From Rickettsiales bacterium (GTDB lineage Bacteria > Pseudomonadota > Alphaproteobacteria > Rs-D84): a stretch of DNA of 64,000 bases. Shown one piece after another: positions 18,667 to 28,714 of the stretch. Each line of letters starts with the position of its first letter. Position 1 is the first letter of the stretch. The position numbers were made by a program, and so were the translations under genes. The notes under the pieces are model-generated. The model did no database searches. It was not told where the DNA came from and saw nothing but the letters and a program-made list of their open reading frames with translations. The stretch spans positions 9,670 to 73,669 of the forward strand of contig JAISKV010000012.1 of NCBI GenBank assembly GCA_031260805.1. The letters run 5' to 3'.

Positions 18667-19089
18667 TTGAATCACCACGATTATTTTATGTATAATAAAC
18701 TTGTGAAAAAAACAATCGCTCTTTGCTCTTTGCTCTTTGCCATCTGCGCATGTTCCAGCCCGAACAACGGGTCAATTGACGACGCGACGATTCTGAACTG
18801 GGAAAACGAGATGGTCACGACGGAACAGTTCGTGCGCGATCACAAGCGGTGCCTGGGGAATACCAGCCCGCCGCACATGCCCCAGTCGCGTCTGGCCAAA
18901 CTGTTCGCGCCGAACCAGGCGGAGCAAATGCCGGATTGGGACGGTCTGTGGGTTACCTTTCAGAGCAACGAGGGCACCGATGTCGGACAAAGGGCATTGA
19001 TGAGCGTGCCAAAGAATTCCAATAACAAAACAATCGGATCTTACCGCAAATGCATGTTTGGCCGCGGTTATCTGCTGCGCGCGATTTAA
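18667..19089 (+). CDS. Small hypothetical lipoprotein
   Basis: Signal peptide with lipobox-like FAICAC; alternative start at 18688 (MYNKL). Confidence 0.4.
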   Translation: MNHHDYFMYNKLVKKTIALCSLLFAICACSSPNNGSIDDATILNWENEMVTTEQFVRDHKRCLGNTSPPHMPQSRLAKLFAPNQAEQMPDWDGLWVTFQSNEGTDVGQRALMSVPKNSNNKTIGSYRKCMFGRGYLLRAI

Positions 19090-19094
19090 TTGAT

Positions 19095-19925
19095 ATGAAA
19101 ACCGTCCTGCTTGCATCATCAAAACTGTCGCGCGATCAGATTGCGATTGCGGCCGCGCTGCGCGCGAACGGATGGGACGCGGTTGTCGCCGCGCCAAAGT
19201 CCAAAAACGAAATCTATCTGATGGCGACGCCGAATATCCGTATTCATGCGGTTGGCAGACGCTTGATCGCCGGGCGGAAATTCCGCGACTTTGTCGCGCG
19301 GCGCGCCCCAATCATCCATTGCCTGGACCAAGGCGCGGTTCGGGCGGCGCGCAAGTTCACTGGCGCGGTTTTTCTGCCAATCCGTCATGGAATTGATTTG
19401 CGGATTTGGAATCCTGATTCAGTGTCAACTGCGCGGCAGAACGCCTTTCTGGGCGAATACGGAATTTTGCCGCACCAGAAACTGATAAATGTAATCAGTC
19501 CGTTCGGGGTCGGCCTGGACGCGCTGGTTTCGGCAATTCCGAATATCCGCGGCGAAGACTTTGTGTTCGGATTATTCGGCGCGGGCGGATTTTTCAGCAA
19601 TCGCGACGCGATGAAGAAAATCGCGAAATCGGGATTCGGACATCAGATAATTTTCATGGGAAATATTTCAGATATGCCGACCGCGCTGCGCAGCGGATTT
19701 GCGAATATTTATCTGGGCGGCGCCGGCGACGCCAGAATTCTGGTACTGGCGGCGGCGATGGGACGACCGCTGATCATGGCGGATGAAGACTTGCCGGAAA
19801 AAATCAACACCGTATTAAAAATGGGCAATGCAGCGCGGCGCAAGTTAGAGCAGGAATCTGCGCAGCGAGCCGCCGGATACTCGCTGACAAAAATCGTCGC
19901 CGAATTGGAAAAACTTTATTCTTGA
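19095..19925 (+). CDS. Glycosyltransferase, degenerate MurG/GT28-like (GT-B fold), short
   Basis: C-terminal NISDMPTALRSGFANIYLGGAGDARILVLAAAMGRPLIM resembles MurG block (FIDDM...AD.VICRAGA.T.ELAAAGKP.ILVP) but GGTGGH motif absent; sits where murG-ddl precede ftsQ. Confidence 0.4.
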   Translation: MKTVLLASSKLSRDQIAIAAALRANGWDAVVAAPKSKNEIYLMATPNIRIHAVGRRLIAGRKFRDFVARRAPIIHCLDQGAVRAARKFTGAVFLPIRHGIDLRIWNPDSVSTARQNAFLGEYGILPHQKLINVISPFGVGLDALVSAIPNIRGEDFVFGLFGAGGFFSNRDAMKKIAKSGFGHQIIFMGNISDMPTALRSGFANIYLGGAGDARILVLAAAMGRPLIMADEDLPEKINTVLKMGNAARRKLEQESAQRAAGYSLTKIVAELEKLYS

Positions 19926-19941
19926 ATACTTTCATGCTATA

Positions 19942-20643
19942 ATGTCCAGCATGTGGAAGAGATTTCTGTTTTATATGTCGTTTTCGTTTGTCGTGCTGGC
20001 TTTTTCTTACATTATCGCGCGCGTAATCATGGTGCAGACGGGCATTTCAGCGCTTCCCGTCGCGCGGCTGTCGGTAATATCCGAAAATGGCGGCTTTGAC
20101 CGGACCCAGATTGTGGACAGCATCGGGCTGCAAGCCGGAACCAATCTTTTCGCAGTCGGCCTGTCCGAAATCCAGTCGCGGGTAGCGGCAATCCCGACAA
20201 TTGAATATTCGGCGGTGCGCCGAATGCCTGACGGCGCGATCAAGGTGAAGATTCGCACCAAGACGGGCGTCGCGTACTGGACCGACGGAACAAGCTTTTA
20301 CCCGATTACGAACAGCGGCGAACGGATTGAAACCCAGTTTGCGACGCGGCCTGAAAATACTATTATTTTCAGCGGCGCCATGCCGTCCGGCGGGATTGCA
20401 AAAATCATAAAACTGGTTTCCGCGAATGCCAGGGTCGCCAACGCGGTGGATTATCTGGACTGGATTGAAAACCGCAGATGGGATTTACACCTGGTCGGCG
20501 GACAATTGGTCAGACTGCCCGAAAATGGGGCAGAGGCCGCGATAAATACTCTGCTGGATTTGTTGACGCGGCATCAGTTGGCGGACAGAAACATTTCTGT
20601 CGTTGATCTGCGCGATCCGGGACGAATACTGATTTCAGAATAA
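19942..20643 (+). CDS. ftsQ: Cell division protein FtsQ (POTRA domain)
   Basis: N-terminal TM, POTRA-like region; followed directly by ftsA. Confidence 0.7.
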   Translation: MSSMWKRFLFYMSFSFVVLAFSYIIARVIMVQTGISALPVARLSVISENGGFDRTQIVDSIGLQAGTNLFAVGLSEIQSRVAAIPTIEYSAVRRMPDGAIKVKIRTKTGVAYWTDGTSFYPITNSGERIETQFATRPENTIIFSGAMPSGGIAKIIKLVSANARVANAVDYLDWIENRRWDLHLVGGQLVRLPENGAEAAINTLLDLLTRHQLADRNISVVDLRDPGRILISE

Positions 20644-20647
20644 TAAA

Positions 20648-22381
20648 ATGAACCTGTACGATTCTTCTTTCTTGTGCTTGGATATCGGGTCTTTCGGCGT
20701 ATCGGCCGTCGGGACAGTTGTCAAGAACGGCAGAATAACAATATCCGAAACAATGTCGTATCAATCGTCCAGTCCGGAATTGGCGGCGCGCGGCGCGGTG
20801 GACGCGCTGGAAAAGAAACTGGGGCTGCGGTTTCGGTCCGCCGCGATAACAGGCGGCGCGCTGTTCGGCTCGTTCACGACGCACGGGGCCAAGAAATTAT
20901 GGCCCGGCGGCCATGCAGTGGAAGATTCGGATATCGCCGATATGGTGGGGGCGATTGTGAATGACAATGGCTTGCGGCCGCTGCATATCATTCCGCTGAA
21001 ATATAATCCCGCGAATCCGGTCGGCGCGAATTCAACAGGACTGGCCGCGGTGTTCGGATTTTTCAACGGCGCGCTGGACGGGCTGGATATGGCGGCATCC
21101 GCCGCATCTGCGGCGTATTTGGAACAGAGCGGGTATTTTGACACTCAATTCCTGCTGGGGCAATCGTCAGGAACAAACCCGCGGATTATTTTTGATTTCG
21201 GGCACAGCCATACGACCGCGTCGGTCTGGCACGGAAAACTGCCGCTGTCGGTCGTCCGCATCGCGCGGGGCGGCCGGCAGATGACGGCGGCGCTGGGCGC
21301 GCGGTTCGGGCTGAATTTTGGGGCCGCGACAGCGGTCAAGCACAGCGCTGCGTCAATGATTCCGGACACGATGGATTCAATTGAACTGGCCGATCCAAAT
21401 CATGATTTTTACAAATCCGACGCGAACGCCGTCCTGGTCCCGATAATGCGCGACATCATTGCGGAAATATCTGAAAAATTATCCGACGCGATTGAGCGGT
21501 ACGCGCCGGCGGAAATAGTTATAACCGGCGGCGGCGCCAAGGTGCGCAACTTGCGGCAGTATCTGGAAATGCAATTCAGGCTGCCTGTGGCGAACGGTCC
21601 GGACGCGGCAGCCGCGCTGCGCAACTTTATCTGGAACGGGGAAAAGGCGAATATTAAAAAGTTCCTGGCGCGACGCGCCAAATGGGACAAACTGTTCGGA
21701 ATAAAACTTGTTCCGCGCCGCAAACGCCGCGCGTTTGTTCCAATACTGCCCAGCGCTATCGGATTTGACATGAACAGCACGCTGACATACGAAATGTTCG
21801 CCGCGGCCGGAATATCCGAAATTCACTGCGATATAATGGACGGATTTTATACCAGCCGGAAATACGGCGATTCCGAATACCTTGCGAACCTGCGCAAGCG
21901 GACGGCCGCCAGGCTGCATGTGCATCTGATGACCGAGAGTCCGTCCGTTTGGGCCGAATCCGCGATTGCCGCCGGCGCGGACACCATTGTTGTTTCCAGC
22001 GGGACATACGGGCTGACCGACGCGCTGAAAAAAATAAAATCCGCAGGACGGCGCTGCGGCGTCGCGCTGCATCCGGACACGCCGGTCGCCGCGCTGAAAA
22101 ATATATTAAAAGAACTGGACGACATCGTCGTCATGTCGGTCGTTCCAGGAAACAGCGGCGCGAAATTTATTGACGACGCGGTCAAGAAAATATCCGTGCT
22201 GGCCAATACGCGCCGCGCGTACGGATTAAAGTTCAGGATTGTCGTTGACGGCGGGATTAATCCGCAAACTGCGGCCGTGTGCTGGAATGCCGGCGCGGAC
22301 GCGCTGATATCGGAAAGTTTTCTGGCGCGCAGCGATGACTTTACCGGCGCGGTCCGATCGTTAATTCCCGACCGCCATTGA
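20648..22381 (+). CDS. ftsA: FtsA (actin-like cell division ATPase) fused in frame to ribulose-phosphate 3-epimerase (Rpe)
   Basis: N-term LCLDIGSFGVSAVG...ITGGGAKVRNLRQYLE (FtsA), amphipathic KKFLARRAKWDKLFGIKL, then ILPSAIGFD...HCDIMDGFY...VVDGGINPQTA (Rpe); no stop or alternative start at junction (about 21730). Confidence 0.6.
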   Translation: MNLYDSSFLCLDIGSFGVSAVGTVVKNGRITISETMSYQSSSPELAARGAVDALEKKLGLRFRSAAITGGALFGSFTTHGAKKLWPGGHAVEDSDIADMVGAIVNDNGLRPLHIIPLKYNPANPVGANSTGLAAVFGFFNGALDGLDMAASAASAAYLEQSGYFDTQFLLGQSSGTNPRIIFDFGHSHTTASVWHGKLPLSVVRIARGGRQMTAALGARFGLNFGAATAVKHSAASMIPDTMDSIELADPNHDFYKSDANAVLVPIMRDIIAEISEKLSDAIERYAPAEIVITGGGAKVRNLRQYLEMQFRLPVANGPDAAAALRNFIWNGEKANIKKFLARRAKWDKLFGIKLVPRRKRRAFVPILPSAIGFDMNSTLTYEMFAAAGISEIHCDIMDGFYTSRKYGDSEYLANLRKRTAARLHVHLMTESPSVWAESAIAAGADTIVVSSGTYGLTDALKKIKSAGRRCGVALHPDTPVAALKNILKELDDIVVMSVVPGNSGAKFIDDAVKKISVLANTRRAYGLKFRIVVDGGINPQTAAVCWNAGADALISESFLARSDDFTGAVRSLIPDRH

Positions 22382-22745
22382 TTTCCGAAATATAAATATG
22401 AATAGTATCCGGCGGCAGAAAGCCCAAAGCAATTTCCGGCCATTCTATCAGACAAATGTCGCGGCTGCACGATTCCGCCAGTCCGATTTCTTCCAGTTCT
22501 GCCGCGTCGCGCACGCGGTACAGGTCAAAGTGCGATATGCCGTCGTAATTCTGAACCAGCGTGAATGTCGGGCTGGGCACCACTGTATCCGCGCCACTTA
22601 ATGTTTGGATTACCGCGCGCGCGATTTCAGACTTGCCCATTCCCAAATCGCCATGCAGCGCTACGACGCGCGGCGCGCGCAGCGTCTGTGCGAATTGTGC
22701 CGCCCAATCCCGTGTTTCTTGCAAAGATTTTAATTCATATCTCAT
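22341..22745 (-). CDS. tsaE: tRNA threonylcarbamoyladenosine biosynthesis protein TsaE
   Basis: ALHGDLGMGKSEIARAV (P-loop of YjeE/TsaE), about 134 aa. Confidence 0.85.
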   Translation of the reverse strand: MRYELKSLQETRDWAAQFAQTLRAPRVVALHGDLGMGKSEIARAVIQTLSGADTVVPSPTFTLVQNYDGISHFDLYRVRDAAELEEIGLAESCSRDICLIEWPEIALGFLPPDTIHIYISEINGGRELTIGPRR

Positions 22746-22755
22746 ATCTCATGTC

Positions 22756-24744
22756 TCACGCTAATGCCAGCAGATCGTCTTCCAACTTCCGTATCGCATC
22801 GCGGATTTCGCCCGCTGTCTCGAATTCCAGATTTTCCGCATGCCGCTTCATCTGCCGCGTCAATTTGGTTATTTCGCCGCGTAATGCGGCCGCATCCCAC
22901 ACGCCGTCCTTATTGTACACAAACTGCTTCTTCTTGTCAGTTTTAATTTCCCGATCGCCGACTTCGTCAAAAATCGCCTTTTTAATTGTCTGCGGAGTGA
23001 TGCCGTGCGCGCCATTGTATTCCATCTGCCTGGCTCGGCGGCGCGCGGTTTCATCAAGCGCGGCCTGCAAAGACCTCGTAATCGTATCGGCGTACAAAAT
23101 AACATGGCCGTTCACATTCCGCGCCGCGCGCCCGATTGTCTGGATAAGGGACCGCGCGCTGCGCAGAAATCCTTCCTTGTCCGCATCCATAATCGCGACC
23201 AGTTCGCATTCGGGAATATCCAATCCTTCGCGCAATAAATTTATCCCGACCAAGACCTGAAATTCGCCCATGCGCAATTGCCGTATGATCTCTATTCTTT
23301 CCAGCGTTTCAATATCGCTGTGCAGATACTTGGCGCGTACGCCGTTTTCGGATAGATAGTCCGTCAATTGCTCGGACATTTTTTTGGTCAGCGTCGTTAT
23401 CAGGACGCGGCCCGCGGTGTTCTTGATTTCCGACACGACATCGTCAACCTGGCTGGCCGTCGGACGCACGGCGCAAATCGGGTCCAGCAGGCCCGTCGGA
23501 CGAATCACCTGGTCAACCACAATCCCGTTCGCCTGCGCGATTTCCCATTCATTCGGCGTGGCGGAAACGAACACCGTCTGCGGACGCAGCGCGTCCCATT
23601 CGTCAAATGTCAGCGGGCGGTTGTCCATCGCGGACGGCAGGCGGAATCCGTATTCCGACAAAGTCGTCTTGCGCGATCTGTCCCCCTTGAACATCGCGCC
23701 GATCTGCGGCACGGAAACATGCGATTCATCAACGAATAAAATCGCATCTTTCGGCAAATACTCAAACATCGTGGGCGGCGGCGATCCGGCGGGCCGGCCC
23801 GACAAGTACCGCGAATAATTCTCTATCCCGCGGCAAGACCCGGTCGCCAGCATCATTTCAATATCAAAATTTGTGCGCTCGCGCAGTCTTTGCTCCTCCA
23901 CATACTTCATATTCTGCTTAAAATATTCCAGCCGCGCGTCCAGATCCCGCTTGATATCGCCCACGGCCTGGATAATCGCCGGCATAGGCGTAGCATAGTG
24001 AGTATTCGGGTAAATAGCGGCGCGATCCATCATTTTTATCTTGGCCCCAGTAAGCGTGTCAAATTCCCAAATCTCCTCTATCTCGCTGCCAAAAAAGGAT
24101 AGACGCCACGCGCGGTCGGCGCTGTGGCTGGGGAACACATCCAGACTGTCCCCGCGCACGCGGAAATCGCCCCGCTCAAACGAAACATCGTTCCGCTTGT
24201 ACTGCACAGAAACCAAGGCACGCATGACATCGTTCATTGAAGCGTGGTCCCCTGTCCGGTACACGACCTTCATATCCGCGTACTGCTGCGGCGACCCCAG
24301 CCCGTAAATTGAAGATACCGACGACACCAGCACGACATCCCGCTCTTCCAGCATGGCGCGCGTCGCGCTGTGCCGCATCCGGTCCAACTGATCGTTTATT
24401 GACGCGTCCTTGTCTATGAAAGTGTCGGTGGTCGGCATATAAGCCTCGGGCTGGTAATAATCGTAATACGACACAAAGTATTCAACACGATTGTTTGGGA
24501 AAAATCCCTTCATTTCCGTATACAACTGCGCGGCCAAGATTTTATTCGGCGCCATAATTATCGCGGGCCGGCCCATATTTTTTATAACATTTGCCATTGT
24601 GAATGTCTTGCCGCTGCCCGTGACGCCCAGCAGGACCTGGTTCCTGGCCCCGTTTTTAATTCCGTCGGTCAATGCGCTTATCGCGGCCGGCTGGTCGCCG
24701 GTCGGATTATAACTGCTGACTAAATCAAATATTGCATCGCCCAT
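22756..24744 (-). CDS. uvrB: Excinuclease ABC subunit B (UvrB)
   Basis: GVTGSGKTFTMANVI Walker A, helicase motifs, C-terminal UvrB/UvrC interaction domain; 662 aa. Confidence 0.95.
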   Translation of the reverse strand: MGDAIFDLVSSYNPTGDQPAAISALTDGIKNGARNQVLLGVTGSGKTFTMANVIKNMGRPAIIMAPNKILAAQLYTEMKGFFPNNRVEYFVSYYDYYQPEAYMPTTDTFIDKDASINDQLDRMRHSATRAMLEERDVVLVSSVSSIYGLGSPQQYADMKVVYRTGDHASMNDVMRALVSVQYKRNDVSFERGDFRVRGDSLDVFPSHSADRAWRLSFFGSEIEEIWEFDTLTGAKIKMMDRAAIYPNTHYATPMPAIIQAVGDIKRDLDARLEYFKQNMKYVEEQRLRERTNFDIEMMLATGSCRGIENYSRYLSGRPAGSPPPTMFEYLPKDAILFVDESHVSVPQIGAMFKGDRSRKTTLSEYGFRLPSAMDNRPLTFDEWDALRPQTVFVSATPNEWEIAQANGIVVDQVIRPTGLLDPICAVRPTASQVDDVVSEIKNTAGRVLITTLTKKMSEQLTDYLSENGVRAKYLHSDIETLERIEIIRQLRMGEFQVLVGINLLREGLDIPECELVAIMDADKEGFLRSARSLIQTIGRAARNVNGHVILYADTITRSLQAALDETARRRARQMEYNGAHGITPQTIKKAIFDEVGDREIKTDKKKQFVYNKDGVWDAAALRGEITKLTRQMKRHAENLEFETAGEIRDAIRKLEDDLLALA

Positions 24745-24785
24745 CTCAAAACATTATAATTCATTTAGAGAGATTGGCAAATTTT

Positions 24786-27272
24786 ATGAAATCATTAATC
24801 TGGATAATTTCAATTGTCGCGGTTGTCGCGCTGGGCGCGGCTTTCGTGCCGCCCTTTATCAGTTTTGACGAAATGCGCCCGCAGATTGAAAACGCCGTTT
24901 TCAACCAGACGGGGCGGCGGATAAAAATCAGCGGCGGCGTGCGGCTGTCGCTGCTGGGCCGCGCGATGCTGAACGCAGAATCCGTGCAGTTGGACGACAT
25001 CGGGTTTGCAAAAAATCTGCAATTCCAGATTAAATTTTCAGACCTGCTGGACATGCGCAACGCCCGCATAACCGGAAACTTTGGCATTTCCGGCGCGGCA
25101 TTGAAACTGGACAGTTTGCAGCCGCTGGGATTTCCGGTGAAAATAAGCATCGCAAACTCGTCCGTGCAGTTTCTGGGCAAAAATTACGAAATAACCGAAG
25201 GCACGCTGCGCGGAAACGAATTCAACGGCACTGTCCGCACGGACGAGCATAAGTATTACATCCATTCCATCGGCAGCAGGTTTCACATTGAAAACAACAA
25301 TGTTAACCTGAAACTGGACGGCGCGTTGAATGACGCCGGCGGCGCGTCCGGACACATATCTATTGAGACAGACAAGATTAATGAATGGTTTGCCTTTGCT
25401 TTGCCGCGCATCGCGTTTGACACCAAACTGGAATCGGACTTTGCATGGGACGGATTTTACGGAATTGAATTCAGCGATATTCGCGGGCGTTCAGGAAACG
25501 CCGACTTTTCCGGCAGGATAAAAATCGGGGAACGGCGCGAAATTTCCATGAATATCGCGAATTGGGATTTTGATTCCGGATTTCTGACCGCGCATCCGGA
25601 ATTTCTGCACGACGCGGATTTGGACATCCGCGCGGACGGACGCATTAAATTCGCCGGCAAGATTTTCAGTAAATTCAATCTGCAATCATCCGGCGAAAAC
25701 GACAGAGTGATTATCAAAAATCTGACTGCTTCCAATGCAGCGGAATCCCTGGCGGCCGCGGGCGTCATAACCGCGAACGGCGCGCAGAGTGCCAAACTGG
25801 AATTGATGACGCCGGAATTATACGCCAAGTGCGACGATTTTTCCGGAACGCCGGACGACTGGAACTGCGCGGCCGGCACGATTCGGCAGAACGGCGACAC
25901 TATTCACGGCTCGTTGAAAATGCGGCCCGATTCATACGATCTGCGCATTTATTCATTGACGATGATTGCGGACAAGAACTTGATAAACCGCGCGGAAACG
26001 CTGGGGCGCAATGGTAAGATATTGTTTGATTTGCAGAACGCGGCCGGCAGCGTGATTATCAAAAACGGCACTGATTATCTGCTGAACATCAGCCTGCCGT
26101 CGGCAAAATTGGCCGACTGGGGCATTTCATTTTTCAACTTTGACAGCAATGCGGCCGGCAAGTTGGACGCTGTTATTGAAAACGGCCGCGCGGTTGGATT
26201 TTCATTCAGCGCATCAGACTGGACCGTATCCCAGTCCGACGCGCATATTTCGTTCCGCCATGATGACTTTGCCGCATTCATAAAAACTGTATTCCCCGGC
26301 ATTGAAACATTTATTCTGGGACATGACATGCCGTTGGAAATCCGCGGCGATTACGATGGCCGGATGGTGCGGGACGGCCGGTTGAAAATCGGGACCCAGG
26401 AATTTGACTTTACCGCGAATAAAAATGAAATCCTGTTGCAGACGGTCGTTTTGGATCTGGACAAATTGCTGGATCAGAATTACTTTGCAAACTATGAATC
26501 GTTAAAGTTCACAATGGACGAGCCTTTGTTTCTGCCATTCGCGCTGGATAAAATAAATATGTCCGTGTCCGCTGGAATATTGAAAATAAACGATATCTCG
26601 TTCAACAAGTTCATCTATGCGCTGGTCCCTGGCAAGCAGACGATTTCCATAACAGACAGCGCGCGCGGAAACATCCTGGCCGTGCTGCGCCATACGGACA
26701 AGAACAATTACGCCGCAGACATCAGTTTTAATAAATTCCTGTTCAGCGGGAAATTGCTGAACGACGGCGCGGCGCTGAATCTGACGGATACATTCGCCAC
26801 AGGGAAAGTATCGCTGACCACTTACGGATGGACATCAAACGATGCGCGGTACAACGCGAGCGGCGATTTGGATATAGAATTTTCTGGCGGGATTCTGGAC
26901 GGCATCGGAACGGATTATTTGTACGCGAACATAATGAACGCGTCGCAGCTTACTTTACCCGATTTGCTGTACGCTGCTCTGAACGGGGGGCGCAGCGAAC
27001 TGAAATCATTGGTGATTCGTGGAGATTATTCCGGCAGCCAGTTTACAACGACGGACGATTTCATATTGCGCCTGAACAATGCAACGATGCGCGGCGCGAT
27101 GCGAATCGCAAACGGGCGCATTGCCGCAAACATGGCGCTGACGCTGAACAACAGCGCGTCCGTGGCAACGCCCATAAATCTGCAAATAAATCCGAACGGA
27201 ACGCGCGGATTCGCGGACGCGATAAATTCCATAGATCTGGGATTTATGCAGGCACGGACGCTCTTGCAATAA
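24786..27272 (+). CDS. AsmA-family outer-membrane assembly protein
   Basis: N-terminal TM (LIWIISIVAVVALGAAF) followed by long beta-rich AsmA-like region; ORF opens at 24732. Confidence 0.6.
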   Translation: MKSLIWIISIVAVVALGAAFVPPFISFDEMRPQIENAVFNQTGRRIKISGGVRLSLLGRAMLNAESVQLDDIGFAKNLQFQIKFSDLLDMRNARITGNFGISGAALKLDSLQPLGFPVKISIANSSVQFLGKNYEITEGTLRGNEFNGTVRTDEHKYYIHSIGSRFHIENNNVNLKLDGALNDAGGASGHISIETDKINEWFAFALPRIAFDTKLESDFAWDGFYGIEFSDIRGRSGNADFSGRIKIGERREISMNIANWDFDSGFLTAHPEFLHDADLDIRADGRIKFAGKIFSKFNLQSSGENDRVIIKNLTASNAAESLAAAGVITANGAQSAKLELMTPELYAKCDDFSGTPDDWNCAAGTIRQNGDTIHGSLKMRPDSYDLRIYSLTMIADKNLINRAETLGRNGKILFDLQNAAGSVIIKNGTDYLLNISLPSAKLADWGISFFNFDSNAAGKLDAVIENGRAVGFSFSASDWTVSQSDAHISFRHDDFAAFIKTVFPGIETFILGHDMPLEIRGDYDGRMVRDGRLKIGTQEFDFTANKNEILLQTVVLDLDKLLDQNYFANYESLKFTMDEPLFLPFALDKINMSVSAGILKINDISFNKFIYALVPGKQTISITDSARGNILAVLRHTDKNNYAADISFNKFLFSGKLLNDGAALNLTDTFATGKVSLTTYGWTSNDARYNASGDLDIEFSGGILDGIGTDYLYANIMNASQLTLPDLLYAALNGGRSELKSLVIRGDYSGSQFTTTDDFILRLNNATMRGAMRIANGRIAANMALTLNNSASVATPINLQINPNGTRGFADAINSIDLGFMQARTLLQ

Positions 27273-27323
27273 ACGAATTCAATCAACCATGTGCATGAAA
27301 GACAGCGCATCGCGCCGTTTTTT

Positions 27324-28562
27324 TTATTTACATTCCGCCACAAATGGCGATCCGGAATTATCCGCGCTGCCGCTGCCGCAATCCAGGCAGTTAAACATCC
27401 GATTCTGCGAATGCCCCGCGTCAATCCGGATATCCTTTAATGACGATATGCTGGCCGCGGCATTTCCGATGTAGGCCGTATCGTTTGGAAATCCAAAGTA
27501 AAAAGCCCGGTGCGGACCGCTGCATTCCGCCGTCTTGCCATAGCATTTTGCGTCCTTTAACTTGTCAGGATCCGGCACGCAGAACGATTCGCAAGTATCT
27601 GGATTTGTGATTTCCGTCTCGCAATCCGTGCAGGAATTGTTTCGCACGCTGCGGATTGTCGTGCCGATAATTCCGATATTGACGCGCGCGGTGCTCTCGC
27701 ACTTTTTGACGCTGCGCTGTTTCAGCGGATCGGCGATGCATTCCCATGTCATCGTTTCATAGTCCATCCGCGCGATAAACCCGGCGTCGCACCGCGCTTC
27801 ATTCTGGGGATTCGCGCAAGTCCACAAATCGTCCACCTGGACCGCGGTCTGATTTCCGGCGCACAGCGGCTTTCTGCGCGGATCGGCCACGCATGTCCCG
27901 CTGCCTGTTTCATAAATCGTATCCCCTGTGCAGGTTATTTTCTGGTTGTATGTCGCGCATTGCCATTTGCCAAATCGCATCAGTTTTATTTCGCCGGCCG
28001 CGCAGACAATTCCTTCGGTTTCGCGTCCGTTTTTCAGCGCGCTTTCGTCCGGGACATAGAATTGGGTTATGTATGTTATCTGATTTGGTTCCAGTTTGGC
28101 AGACTTGGCCAACTTTTCCGATATTTCCGCGCGATCGCCACCGCCGGCCAGCAGGAATCCGTTGGAAAACACGCCAAAGTTTGATGAATCTGGGTGCGAT
28201 TTTTCAATAATTTCAAGCGTCTTGTGAATGTCAGCATCCGCAACCGGCGCACTGGTCGTAATCATATAACTGTATGCGGGGCGTTTGGTTTTGGATTCTG
28301 TTTCGCAGTCAACGACGGCGTCTTTGTCGGTAAAGCACAGGGTGCCGGTCGCGACCGAGTATTCCTGCTGGCACGGTTCCACCAGGTACTGTCCGCGAAG
28401 CGCGTTCATGTGCGTTGCGGCGACGCATTCAGCCATTGATTCCAATGCGGCCTGGGATAAAACGCTTTCCACATCGCTGCCGCGCTTGTTCTGGCTGGGG
28501 GCGTCCAGAAAGTAATACCCCGCCATAAACATGAATACCAAAATCACCAAGAAAATGTTCAT
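27324..28562 (-). CDS. Cysteine-rich membrane-anchored/secreted hypothetical protein (about 24 Cys)
   Basis: N-terminal TM (IFLVILVFMFMAGYYF) then Cys-rich extracytoplasmic domain; no known family recognized. Confidence 0.5.
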   Translation of the reverse strand: MNIFLVILVFMFMAGYYFLDAPSQNKRGSDVESVLSQAALESMAECVAATHMNALRGQYLVEPCQQEYSVATGTLCFTDKDAVVDCETESKTKRPAYSYMITTSAPVADADIHKTLEIIEKSHPDSSNFGVFSNGFLLAGGGDRAEISEKLAKSAKLEPNQITYITQFYVPDESALKNGRETEGIVCAAGEIKLMRFGKWQCATYNQKITCTGDTIYETGSGTCVADPRRKPLCAGNQTAVQVDDLWTCANPQNEARCDAGFIARMDYETMTWECIADPLKQRSVKKCESTARVNIGIIGTTIRSVRNNSCTDCETEITNPDTCESFCVPDPDKLKDAKCYGKTAECSGPHRAFYFGFPNDTAYIGNAAASISSLKDIRIDAGHSQNRMFNCLDCGSGSADNSGSPFVAECK

Positions 28563-28583
28563 AGCAGTATTATACCATAAAAA

Positions 28584-28653
28584 AGGTTTGAGGTTTAAGG
28601 TTTAAGGTTGTAGGCATGATTACCTAAAACCTTAAACCTCAAACCTCACACCT
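28584..28653. repeat. Intergenic hairpin element built from 7-bp periodic repeats (AAGGTTT / AAACCTT arms)
   Basis: aggtttgaggtttaaggtttaaggttg taggcatgat tacctaaaaccttaaacctcaaacctcacacct. Confidence 0.7.
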
Positions 28654-28714
28654 ATAAAAAATTTATTGCAAACTTTGGCCATATCAATATAATTCACGCA
28701 TAAAAGGAAAAAAT

